64,000 bases of DNA from Auanema rhodensis (lineage: Eukaryota > Animalia > Nematoda): the NCBI GenBank assembly GCA_964057225.1, contig OZ059895.1, forward strand, positions 7,130,001-7,194,000. Reading direction: 5' to 3'. A program made the translations under genes and the position numbers. This document shows, piece by piece, positions 17,539 to 31,672 of this stretch (position 1 is its first letter; the number at the start of each line of letters is the position of its first letter). The notes beneath the pieces were generated by a model. That model ran no database searches. It was not told where the DNA came from and was given only the letters and a program-made list of their open reading frames with translations.

Positions 17539-20500
17539 ATGGAAATTGACACAAATACTGAAGTAGAGGTTTTACCTCCTGATATCGAAAAACTCCGTAG
17601 ATCTATTGTTCAGTATGTTGTATGTTTTTTTATGATAATTGAGATAGTACGCGAATTTTGTTTATAATCAGGATCACAATGACTTGAGAATACGATTTTG
17701 GGATTGGCACAATCCTTACCAAGATGTGGACGAGTTGCTTTGTATCCATGCTGTGGTTTTATTTTCAAAAATGCAAGATGTGAGTTAGTAACACAAAATG
17801 ATCAAAAGTTTGGAAATGTTTCAGGTTGAGCAGAAATGTTTGGTTAATCAGCTAATATTCTTAGTACAACAGTCTAGATCTGAGCCACATCCTACTAATA
17901 TCACATATGAACGGGTTATTGACCATATTCTTCTTTTTGCAATGAATGAACAGGTCTTACCTTCAAGGTTTGCCATTAGAGTATATAATCTGAATTCTCA
18001 AAAATCTACAGCACCGCTATTGGGGGAATTATTTTGACTGCTGATTTCACGTTAAAAACTGGTATGTCTAGCGAAAAATGGAACATGGTTATGGAATGTG
18101 TTGAAAAAATGGATCTCAAAGGAATGCGTCATATTTTCAAGTAATAATAATAAAATCTAATTTGTAATAGATTCTTTGTTAAGAACCTTGATAGAAAGCC
18201 AGTTGGTTATGCTTCCGTCAAATATATCATTTGAGCAGAGGAAACAGCTCATTCCTGTTGAAAATGTAACGATATTATATTTTTAAATATTTTAATTAGA
18301 TTACATTTAGCTTCTTCTTTATATTTTGAATAAAGTTCCGCCAATTTTTACAATGACTGAAATTTCTAGATGTGATGTACCTCTTTATATGTTTCCAGTA
18401 AGTTCAAGTTTATTTAATGAAAAAACTGAAAATTTTCTTTTTAGCGCATTGTAAAGAAGCTTTCTGAAATTAAAGCCTACTTTCGGCCTCTTGCTGATTT
18501 ATGCTTTGCGATTGGAAAGTGTTTTATGTATCCTATCTTACTCCATCCCCATTTCAATCCTTTATCTGCTTCCTGGAGAGTTCATAAAAACTCAACAGCT
18601 TTATGGTTCGATGATCCATATACTATTTTGTGAAATCTTGATTTAGCGCACGATATACCTATTTACCTAATAGAAAAGAGGTATGCGATCCTCAAAATTA
18701 CCTATTTTACATGGTAATTAAACAGCCTAGAGGGAAAGAAGTGTTAGGCGTAAGTTTAGATCCTTATTAGATTGCAAGTAATCTGAGATTGTAGGCCATG
18801 CTAAAAACCCTGGATGAAGATGCTCAGTATCAGATATTTGATGGACTTTTATCATTTTTAATTAGTGATACCATGGCTGCAGTAAGCACTTTAAGAATAG
18901 TATTAGCATTAAAAAAAATTTTAGGTTGAAGAATTACCTTTAAATGCCGAAATTCCAAGATACCAATGGGATAACTTGCTTGCTATAATCATCTACGCCA
19001 TGAATAACAAGCAAACGTTATAAGTCTACGATTTTTCGTTATTCTTATATAATATTTTCAGAAATGCCAGTAGTGTTGTTGCAATTTTGCATCAAATTCT
19101 GGAAAAACGACAATATAGGAAAGCTCGTGATGAAGTGATGTGGTTGATGCTTCAAGTTGTCGGATCCTTCAATGCAGCACTAACAAAAGAGCATATTGAA
19201 AAACTTGCTGCTCTGCATAAGGTTATCATATTTACATGCAACATGTTATTATCCATTCAATTTTTAGTTATTGTATAACGAAGATTCTAATTCCACATAT
19301 ACTTCTGATCATCCATCGCAGCTGGTTAGATTTATGTCAACAGCTTGTATGTATATATTATTAGAAGGAAAGGTATATAACGTTGCTTTCCATATCTAAT
19401 TAGCTGTTTCTTAATTTTAGGAAGGGCTCCCGGAGCCGAATGAAAGTTTAGCTGTTCAGATAAAATTTATCCAGAATACAGCATCAAACGAAACAGATGA
19501 TCATGCAATGATGGCACTACTCACCAATGCTTGTAACTATATTATTCAGAATTTATTTACTTGAAATATTTTTGTTAGATCGCTCTGATAATCCGATTGT
19601 TAGAAAAGTTTTAAGAAATTTTTCTACCTGGCTAGAAGGTCAAAGTCAAGAAGAACCGTATATGTTACCATACAACAAGCCTGCCAACAATCGTCTTATT
19701 CCTTTCGATATACAGGTATTGTATTGGTGTTTAATTTATCTTACCAAATGCTTGAAGCTTATTGATTCTTTTGCTTTGCGAGCTAAACTGCATTTACTTC
19801 AAGTTTGTGCTGCACCATTTCGAAATTCTATGAGTCGTTTCCCCAGTCCAGCAATTATTGGTTTGTTATTAATTCAATTCTTTTAAATCCTATATTGCTG
19901 TAGATACATATGCCAAGCTGCTATATACCGTAGATTTTGATTTTGGATTCAAGCATCTTGTTCAAGCTTATTCCAAAACTCTTTCAAACCAAGTGAGCCT
20001 TACATTGTTTTAAGTTATTTTATATTCTTCGTGTTTAGAATTCTACCGATTTAAAAGAACATCTATATATTATGACAGATCTTTTTTGTAATAGGTATAT
20101 TTGATCTTATTTGTTAGGCTCACATTTGTTTTTATCAGATTAATCAACATGCCATTGCCTCCATCAGGTCGGGAAACTCTTCTACTTACTATAATAGCTG
20201 TAATGCATACATCGGTACTAAAATCCTATATATATATATGAAAATATTGCTAGAATATTTTCAGAGTAAGCCTGCTAATGTCGAATTATATTTCCTTGGA
20301 GAACAAGCCTTGATGAGACAGTTTTCTTGGTGTCCCTTTTCGGAAGCATTATCGTTATCAACAGCGTTTTTGAGTTAGTGATACAGTTTGTTATTTTATA
20401 AAAGTTTTTAAATTTCAGCTGATGATCGCAGTGTTTCTTCCCGTTTATGTTATCCTAAAAAGTTTGAAACTCGAGATTTTCACATCTGCCCTGAAGTTGT

Positions 20501-23296
20501 TCGAATGCTGATTATAGCCTTTATGCGCGCAGTGAAAATAATGGGTATTTCTGATATAATTTGAGTAAACTTGAAATATTAAATTTAGGTGTTGCAGAAA
20601 ATCATATCACTGAGGATCCTAACTTCTTTCGTATTACAGCTGATAGGTATACATGGGCTCCTAGTCAGGTAGATTGATATTCAATATCCAGTATTTACAA
20701 TGTTTTTTAAGTTGCAATCGTTTCCTGCAATTTGTCGGACTTATCCTGATATGGTGGATAAAACAACCGAAGCTACAATGTCTGAAGAAAATAGGGTTGT
20801 TTCTTACATACATTAGTTTTATAAGATGTATTTAAATGTAGAATGTTATCCATTCGGATTTCGTACAGATGCAAGGATTAGAAGAAAATTTTGTTGGTTA
20901 TATGACGGATGGAGGCGAAATACGCCCAACTATTCTATGTGTTATATTCAGAGCTCTAATGGAAAGTATTGATGTTAATAGAAATCTTCAGTATTTCTAT
21001 CAGTTCGTTGTTTTATTTTTTGTATATTTCTGATAGTAATGTTTTAGAATTCTTGAACGACATGATGGACGTGAATTAATAGTTGCTACAAATAGGTTAA
21101 CGGATTATGTTATCCAGCAATGCAGCGAAGCGAACCAAGATGTATTCCAAGCTGTAATTATACCTTTTTATTTTCATTTTTATTTACAACTTTTAGTCTG
21201 TTCGAGTTCTTGTAAGTATGATGTTCCAATTGCACATCATTAGATTTGATAGATTACTACTCTCACTTATACTTCATCCAAATAATGATCAAAAGTCTCA
21301 AATAGCTCTTCTAATCTGCCAGGTTTGCTATAATTTATATAGTTTTATATATCTTTGATTTGCAGTATCTAGTTGAAGCCCAAGAAGTCAAAGATCGTAT
21401 AACATTCTATACTACTACAGTACCCAAGAAGGAAATAAAAACCATGGAGTTTTTTACTCGGCTTGGTGAATATCACAAAGTTCGTTTTTCAAAATTACAT
21501 TTTAACATAATTTTTTTTTTAGAAATATCCAGAATATGCTTTTTCCGAACTTAGCCAAATGTCAGCTGGGCAACGTGAGCCTGCCATCAACAGTGCTGTA
21601 CACTTTCCAATTTATTACGGAAGCATGATGGAAAGGCTTATTCCTGTAAACGATTCCAAAATTTTTCAATATTTGATTTTGTTCTTTTCAGATTACCGAC
21701 TATGCCCTTTCGAGAGCGCTAGAATTGCCTAATGTTGACTCAGTATTTTCCTCATTGTTGAGAACATTAGGTCCATTATATAAGTATCACCGTAAGCATA
21801 TTATATAATTTTAAAGCTAACTTTTTTCTTTTTAGCTTCTCCAATCTCTTTTGTCTATTCCGTGCTTCATAGTATGTATGAATTGCTTGGTCAACAGCCA
21901 AGAGCACGGCAACTTGTTTTGAATATCTTTAATCAACGTTTGTCATATTTACATTTTTGAATCTTGTATCTTTGTTGAGTTCAGGTGATGACATACAGCT
22001 AACAGAGACATTCCTCTCATACAATCATCAGAAACATAGTTTGGAAGATATTCTTACTGAGCTTATACAACGAATCATAGAATGTAGTGATTTCATTTTG
22101 AAGTAAGAACCTGTTATAACTTCTTATCTTTATTATTTTTTTTAGACCTCCAAGTTATGTTTCCCAAGACTGGAGATTCTCTGAGTTAACTCCATCAGCT
22201 CAAGCTTTATATCTATCTTGTATTGAATTGTTAGCTAGTCCTCATGGACCAACAGTCAGTTTTGCTGTCATTTTATTTTTTTAAACAATACTTTTATAGC
22301 ATATTGTTCCTGCAATGATCTCTCTTCTCACCTATTCTCCCCAAGTTCAATTACGACCTTACACCACTTTGAATGCTGTAGCCCTTATCCTTACTGCTTT
22401 ACCAGATATGTATGGAGAAGTTTTACAGCAGCAGTTCATTGATGTTTTGGAAAATAACGAAGTTAACGGTAAAACTCCACTATAGGCAAAATCAATTTTT
22501 TTCTGATATCTTTAGATTTGAAGTTCGAAGAGATTGTTCATGACAATTTTGAGGAGCGGATTCATTTGCATATGACAAATAGAGCTTTAACAGTTAATAC
22601 TCTTATGCAGGCATATTGGACACATGGCAACAACGTAGTTCTTTAACATTTCTGACGAGTTTCTTATATTCTTATACTTTCAGCTTGGAGTAGGAAAGTT
22701 CACCACGTTTTTCCTAGACGTGTGTTACGAACGAATCAAAACCGAAAATGATTTATGGTATTTCATTCGTCTTATGCTGCCTCTTCAACAGTGGGTTTTC
22801 GAAAAGGATAAATTGAAACATTCGTTCAATGAGGTAATTTTTGAACAATCTTGTTGTTTAAGTGTATATGATTCTTAAGTGTTTACGTCAAGTATCTGGA
22901 TTGATCAAAAAAATAGGGGAGCTTTCTGAAAAAGGTGTTGAATTTGAACATGGAGTAAGTAGTTTTGAAACATATTCACGATACTTTTATAATTGCAGAG
23001 AATCCTTTGTGACATTTTATATCATTTGAAATATTTATTTTCTGGTGACGCTATGATCCATGATGCTGAGCAAGTTTTTCCTAAGTATGTCCACATCTGT
23101 TTTACTCAAACTATTTACCCCATTCAGGTTTCCGCAATATATGCAAGATCATTTAAAATACTATATAACACCTGCTCATCAAAGAGCTGATGAAGAACAC
23201 CATAAAACTGTGGTTGCTAGTCATGATACTTCTCACATATCTAAATTCAATGTATCTGTTATGCAAGTGGACTCTTCAACAACTGAGAAAAGCTAA
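17539..23296 (+). CDS. sur-2: Mediator subunit MED23
   Basis: About 30 short exons with MED23 motifs RKARDEVMWLMLQ, FPIYYGS, DWRFSEL.PSAQALYLSCIELLA and LCDILYHLKYLFSGD. Start codon tentative. Confidence 0.9.
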
Positions 23297-23574
23297 TTCC
23301 GATAATATAACCTGTTTCATATTATTTATTTTTTCACATTTACTTTTATTAACATTTCGTCTACGATCTCTTTTTCATCAGTGTTTATATTCTAAATACG
23401 GTAAATTACTGGTATACTCATGATCTTAGATCAATATAAATTCTGTGTGATGCTGCCCAATGAATTAACACGTAGTCATTTTTGTATATTTTATTATATC
23501 AGATCAGGTTTTTCCTGAAATTATATCTTAAAAAATTGATTATTTTCTTAATGTTTGTTCGTAGATTTTACTTC

Positions 23575-24298
23575 ATGCAACATGGTCTGGATCACTCAAT
23601 AGAACAGTGTCAATCCTGGGGCGAACGTCTTGCGAGGCTGAGGACGTGCACCTGGTTCAATACTAATACTATTTTTCAATAATGAATACTATTTTCTAGG
23701 TACTGGGGAGATTTAACATGGAAAAATGCAGAACGTCTATTACATCCTTGTGAGGACGGAACTTTTTTAATTAGGGATAGTCGTAATGAAAAGTATCTCA
23801 TCGCAGTGTCATATAAACATAATAGTAAGATATTTAGTTTGAAATCAACATAATGAGTTCATTTTCTAGATAAAGTTTTTCATGCTCGTATAGAGACTTT
23901 TTTCTTAAGGTTTGGGCCATTGTCTTTCACTTCAGTTGTGAATGATATTGCCGTAATTACACAGGTTTCTATTTGATTTTTAAAATTTTATAATATCTTA
24001 TTTACAGCTAATCCGCGATGGTAGTATGCATATGCTAATGCATCGTCGTGGTGAAGAAGCAAATGCTACTGAAATGAATCTGATTTATCCACTCTCACGA
24101 TTATCAGTGCTCCCACGTCTTCAATACTTATGTCGACTTCAGATACATTCGATGGTTAAGCCTGATAAAATTCCCTGCCTTCCTGTGCCCCCACCAATAC
24201 TGCGGTATCTGACTGAAAACAAATTTTTTTCTCCTGATGTAAATGAAGCCGTAGCAATATTAAAACAAAGAAATCAAGAGTTGTTACCTCATGTATAA
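23575..24298 (+). CDS. SH2 domain + SOCS box protein (SOCS family)
   Basis: WYWGDLTWKNAERLL...DGTFLIRDS (SH2) and PRLQYLCRLQI...IPCLPVPPPILRYL (SOCS box); four exons. Confidence 0.9.
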
Positions 24299-24472
24299 AT
24301 GTAATTTATTTTTCTGTGATTGGATGTATTTTAATTTATTGTCATAATTGCTCCTATTTTTATGAAACTTTAATAAATGCTTTAAACTTAAATTACAGTT
24401 ACCTACAGAAGATTTCATTTCGAGGCTTCTTATTTTTAAAAAATAGATTATTGTTCTATTACTTTCTCAAAG

Positions 24473-26366
24473 ATGGCAACTATTTTCGCTTTGAGCTCCG
24501 GTGCACTGCCCGCTGCTATAGCTGTATTTCGATTGTCAGGTACATCACCAAGTTCTTGTGATTTTAACCTGTATACATTGTTAAGGAAGTAGAAGTCTAC
24601 CAGCCTTACAAGAAATTTCACACCGGCAAAAATGGGAACCACGTGAACTACGGTACACTAAATTATATTTAAAAAACAACGAAGTGCTGGATACCGCAAT
24701 GGCTGTTCATTTGCCAGGTGTGTGTCTGTATTACTTCAAAAACGTTAGAAAATCAAGTTAATTTACTAATGATTCAAGCTTTCAAAATTGTTTTTGCTCA
24801 CAAGCATATAAGTAAGATTTTTTTATTTAGGACCATCAACTTTTACGGGGGAAGATTCTTCTGAAATATATGTGCATGGAAGTCCAGCGGTAGCAAATGC
24901 ATTAGCGGATCGTTTAATTGGAATAGAAGGTGTGCGTCAAGCCAAACGAGGAGAATTTTCAAAACGGTTCTCAAAATTAAGTTTTTCAAAACAATATGTG
25001 TTTAGCGCATTTTTCAATGGAAAAATGGATGTTTCTGAAGTTCATGGGCTAAAAATGCTCATACAATCTGAAACAGACCGACAGAGAAGAGTTTCTTATA
25101 GACAAATGAGGGGAGGTGATGCTGTACGGCAAATAAGGTAGATTTATTTATATATAATACATATATATATAACCACATAGAGAAAACTTGACAAACATAG
25201 CAATGCGTGTTTATGTTCTAATGGATTTCGGAGAACATGTGGACACCTCAGTAGCTGAGATACAGTTAACTAAAATATTCAGGCTATCAAATGAAATGTT
25301 CTCTTTTTTAGTAAAATGATTAAAGATATAATACCAGAAGTTGCATCTTTAGTATCTCGGTCACGTAGTGCATTTCGTGTACAGCGAGGTTTAAACTTTG
25401 TTCTAATTGGAAGACCTAATACGGGTAAAAGCAGCATAATGAATGCATTAGGTAAAAGAAATTTCCGAATAGTTGAATAAACTTCATATTTCACCAGCTG
25501 AAGAAGATATTGCTATTGTTTCTCCGTTGGCTGGTACAACCCGTGATAGTTTGCAGGTAGTTATTACAATGTTAAAAAGAGTTATATAATTAAATTAGAC
25601 ACGTATACAAATAAAGGGAATCCCAGTCTCTTTAACTGATACGGCTGGTTTAAGAGAAACAGGAGATCCTTTAGAAATGGAAGGTATTCATCGAGCCAGA
25701 GCAAAGTTATATTTTTTATGGTTGAGATTTTTACTCTAATTACTTGAAGACTTAAAGACGCTGACTTAATTATGCTGGTAGTCGTATCTGAAAACGCGGC
25801 GCAAGAAGCATCTGAGATATTAAATGAAATAAAGGTATTTGAAAAACAAATAAAATTTTTTATTCTATTCTTTAATATTTTTTAGGAATATCAAAGCCAT
25901 GAATCTATACCTGTGATTATCGTACGAAATAAAAGTGATTTGAAACATGAGAAAAAGGCAATTTCTTTACCAAACATAACAAAAGTTGTGGATACATGTG
26001 CCTTATCCAGAAACGGTTATATATAATCATATTTCTTCATTGTTGTTTTACGGATTCTTTTAGGACTTATGCCATTGATTGAAGCTCTTGAGTCTGAAAT
26101 CACTCGAATGTGTCCTGATGAAAATGGGCCTGCGTTAACTGATCACAATCTTATAGAGTATTTTAAGAAATTAATCCTATGACGTTTATGAAACTATTTT
26201 CAGAGAAGTTTTGGAAATTTTAATTGAAGCCCAGAATTGCCACGACGCTGCGCTACTGTGCGTTCGTTTAGAAGAATGCTTATCTCATATAGGACAATTG
26301 ACAGGGGATACAGTAAATGAGGAAATTCTAGAGAAATTATTTGAAACATTCTGTATTGGAAAGTAA
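24473..26366 (+). CDS. mtcu-1: tRNA modification GTPase GTPBP3/MnmE (TrmE)
   Basis: TIFALSSG; FTGED..EIYVHGSPAV; G1 GRPNTGKSS; G2 GTTRD; G3 DTAG; G4 NKSD; C-terminal FCIGK*. Confidence 0.96.
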
Positions 26367-26548
26367 TAATTTTACAATTGTAATCCTTTAATTGTAATGA
26401 ATTGATCTAAACAAGTTTATTATGCTATACAGACTTGAATTCAAATTTTTTTTGCAAAGGAGGCACAACAAATCTTTATGTTATAATCTTAGTAGAGCTT
26501 ATTATTTTGCTCGACAGGGGTAGTAGCTGGATCAGGAAGAGATACGGG

Positions 26549-26645
26549 GAAGCCCCGCCCAATGCCAGACGGGTAATCAGTCACCAGCTTTTCCTCCATT
26601 GATACGGTAGTCAAATTGATCGTGAGAGCGACAAATAAAGGCTTC
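26549..26645. promoter_or_regulatory. Two ASE-motif (CHE-1 binding) matches upstream of che-1
   Basis: GAAGCCCCGCCC at 26549-26560 (+) and GAAGCCTTTATT at 26634-26645 (-) both fit GAADCMNHNNNH and lie within 220 bp of the ATG. Confidence 0.55.
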
Positions 26646-26766
26646 TATTTCCGTTTCGCATATTTCTATTCTATCAAATCTTCATTACAAACCAAAATTT
26701 TTGAACTGTAGTAAGAATTACGGTCTTTTTACTATATAGAGTTCACCTGCTTAGTAGTATATAATA

Positions 26767-28510
<1,744 letters not shown>

Positions 28511-28750
28511 ATACAACATTTCAAATGATATTGATTGAATCCTTATAAAATAATTGTTTTAATATAAAGAATAAGGTAATGTCATTACACGTTTAATCGA
28601 TGATAAGCATTATACTAAGTATACTACCCTGTTAATGCATTAACGTTGACTGAGATACAACATTGATATGAGTAAAATTGAAAGAATAAGACAGATCAAG
28701 AAATAGAAAATTAAGGGAAATGCAGCAAATTTCGCAGACAGATCAATGAT

Positions 28751-29564
28751 TCAAATCATTCTCCCTTGAACAACAAATGGCGATACTCTAAGCCATCTGA
28801 AAGGGCTGGAATCATCTAATTGGCACGTTTTTGTATAAGTGCATCCATTGTGTCCGTACCTAACTAATACAGTTTTCTTCTCGTCTAAGCAAATTTCACT
28901 GAAATCAAATTTCTTTAATAAAAGTGAATGATATTTATTAACCTTTCTTCAAGATTTTCGCTAACTAAAGCATCTGTACCTCGAATATATACAAAAAGTC
29001 TCAAACTGTTTTTACCATGATCCTCCGGTGGAAACGTCTTCAATATATACAAATAAATTTTGAAAATATGTATAGTTTTACCCGGAAAAGATGAAGATTA
29101 ACTTTTCTAATTTCAGTATTGCTCATTTCCATACACGGAGAACCACAATCTCCATGATTAGAATTATGACCTTCACATAAAGAAATAGGAAGACCTAGAA
29201 CAAAAACTACAGGAAATTAATTTTTACTTAAGTTACTGTATGTGTGAAGTGGACGAAATGGAGATTGCCCAACAACTAGCATGACCTCACGAACATGATA
29301 ACGATTGCGGGAACGGAAAATTTTTTGAAGCTCATCCCGGATCTAAATGAATGAATAAGTAAATGCTCATATATTTTTTGAAATTACCGATTGAATTCCT
29401 GCCAAAGTTCTTAACATACCGTGAGGTGGCGGATGTGGTATTGTTGATATTGGTGTAGGTAATATGCTATGATGGAGGCAGATGGATGCTATGGTTAAGT
29501 CCACAAGTTGAAGAGAGGAATGAATACATAAGCATCGAGATATACAAACTGCGTCAGAAGTCAT
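28751..29564 (-). CDS. cmt-1: p31comet/MAD2L1BP HORMA-like protein
   Basis: ICLHHSILPTPI...LAGIQSIRDELQKIF...VREVMLVVGQSPFRPLHTYSLPI and the C-terminal FRWLRVSPFVVQG align with p31comet (IMYQRQQLPLPY...VLILLGGNALSPKEFYELDL...YIWFQAPVTFKG). Confidence 0.8.
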
Positions 29565-29731
29565 GTACCTGCAGTCAACGGCATAAAGTAAAATTACTAT
29601 AGAATCGCTGAGTTATAATTTCGAAAATACGAATTTCAAACAAAATCACATTCACTATATTAATAACTTCATAATTTCAATGTATATAACATACTCAAGC
29701 AATAACAATGAACAAAAAATTCCTAAGATCA

Positions 29732-31307
29732 TTATTTCCCGTTCTTCAATGACGCTATAAAAGCTTCCATTTCTTCTAATTTTTTACGATCTTTTGCCTT
29801 TTGTAATCGTTCGGCTTCCAGCTCAGCTGCAGTTTTTGGTTTCAATTTAACTGGATCACTTATTCTCCTTTTCTTAATTGAATCTAAAGGAGTATATAAT
29901 AAGATCAATTTAGTACTTGAATAAAATACCTTTGGCTTCTTTATTCTTTTCAAGCATATCGAGACCAGCCCTTGCTCGTTTATCTTCTTTAATACTCAAA
30001 GCCTTTTCATAATTCACACGTGCTTTATCAAGTTCTTCTTTAGAGACATTTCTAGACACTTCGCTGAATCTTGTTATAATTTATTAACCCTACGATTCTG
30101 CGTGCTTTATCAAAGTTTCCACCATATACAGTTTTGCATTTGCATGATCGGGATTTATTTCTAAAGCTGTTCTCAACTCCTTTTCTGCCCCTTCAAAAAA
30201 TTGTTGGTTAGATAACCTAGAAAATAAACAAATAGCATAAGGATAAATTCAAAAGAAAACTTACGCTGCGCCTTTGGCTACATATGCATCGGTACATTTT
30301 GGATTGATCTGAATAGCGCGATTAAACTCGAAGACTGCTGCGTTATATGCTTGTTTTTTCAAATTATCAACTCCACGAACAACATGTTCAGAAGATAATT
30401 CTTCATCTTGTAACCGTCGCATCATTGCTGCTGTCTCAGTACAGTCCTAAAAAACTGAATATACGGATAAATAAAACAAAGATGACTACCTCTTCAAAAT
30501 TCTCAAGTGGGAGAAAAGTAATTTTTGATCTCGTTGGAAAACCCAGATTGTTTGGCAGGTACGGATTCGAATATTCTTCTCGAGTTGGGCAAAATTTCCA
30601 AAATGTGGTTTTACTAGACATTTCACTACCAAGCCTTAATAAGAATTCTCAATTTTGTGTTTAAATTCGAACAATAATACCTGAAGTATTTTGGTAGGTC
30701 ACTGAATTTCAAAGGGGGTACCTCAATTAATCGAATTCTACTAGATATCAGGAAATAGAGATAATAAAACAGTAAAACTACATATCATATCGGAATATCA
30801 TACCTCAGTTAATTCAATACGTATAGGGGATACACAAGTGATAGTTGCAATTCTATATTCTCCAATAGATAGACGCTGACTTAAGGCATGTAAAGGAGCT
30901 AAGAGCTAAATAAAAATAGGAAATATGTTATAATATGTTGCAATAAATGCCTGAAAATCCAATATCTCTAAATCTCTTTTAATTCTTGTATAGTAGCAAA
31001 TGGCTTTGACATAAGCACCAGCAGCATCAAATTTCTTAATTTTAACGACTAGTTGATCTCCAACACGAGCACAATTTTTAAAATGTTGTATAACACTGAA
31101 ATGTTACACCCGAAACTAAGAACATAAATGAGTTAGTTACCTAGATTGAGATATCTGAGAAGCAAAGGATTCAAAAGCTGGAAATGATGATGCTGTAACA
31201 GGATCAACAGGTAAACCATCTTCTAGGATCCCTTGTAAAGTTAGATCATAATTATTTCCATTGGTTGAACTTCGAAGTCCATCCTTATTACTTACAGAGC
31301 TACTCAT
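29732..31307 (-). CDS. TTC14-like S1-domain + TPR protein
   Basis: S1-like region (RVGDQLVVKI..F...GAYVKAIC) followed by TPRs VVRGVDNLKKQAYNAAVFEFNRAIQINPKCTDAYVAKGAA...ALEINPDHANAKLYM, matching TTC14. Confidence 0.85.
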
Positions 31308-31672
31308 ACTAAATGAATAAAAAATTGGTAATATATATATATGCATAGATAGATAAATTACTTGCAAAACTTTTCAGGAAAAATAGGAAAAAACGAATGG
31401 AATGAATATATTACAATATATTATATAAATCAGAGAAAAGTTAACATGATAAGTGAGATACATATTTGAATAAGATACCTGTATATTAATATGAAAGATC
31501 GTATTATACAATGCGAAATTAAAGCATTTGAAATGCGTTCAGCTAAAAAGACTAGAATACATACTATAAATACTAACAAACATTTGTAAAAAGAATACTT
31601 ATAAATTACTAACAATTCAGAAGTAAATAAAAAGCCTAAAATCACTACTTTCACAAGCTACTTGTTAATGAT

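Larger units (their letters stand above)
17539..26366 (+). other. Predicted operon sur-2, SOCS, mtcu-1
   Basis: Same strand; stop-to-start gaps of 278 and 174 nt; AG acceptors just before the ATGs. Confidence 0.65.
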
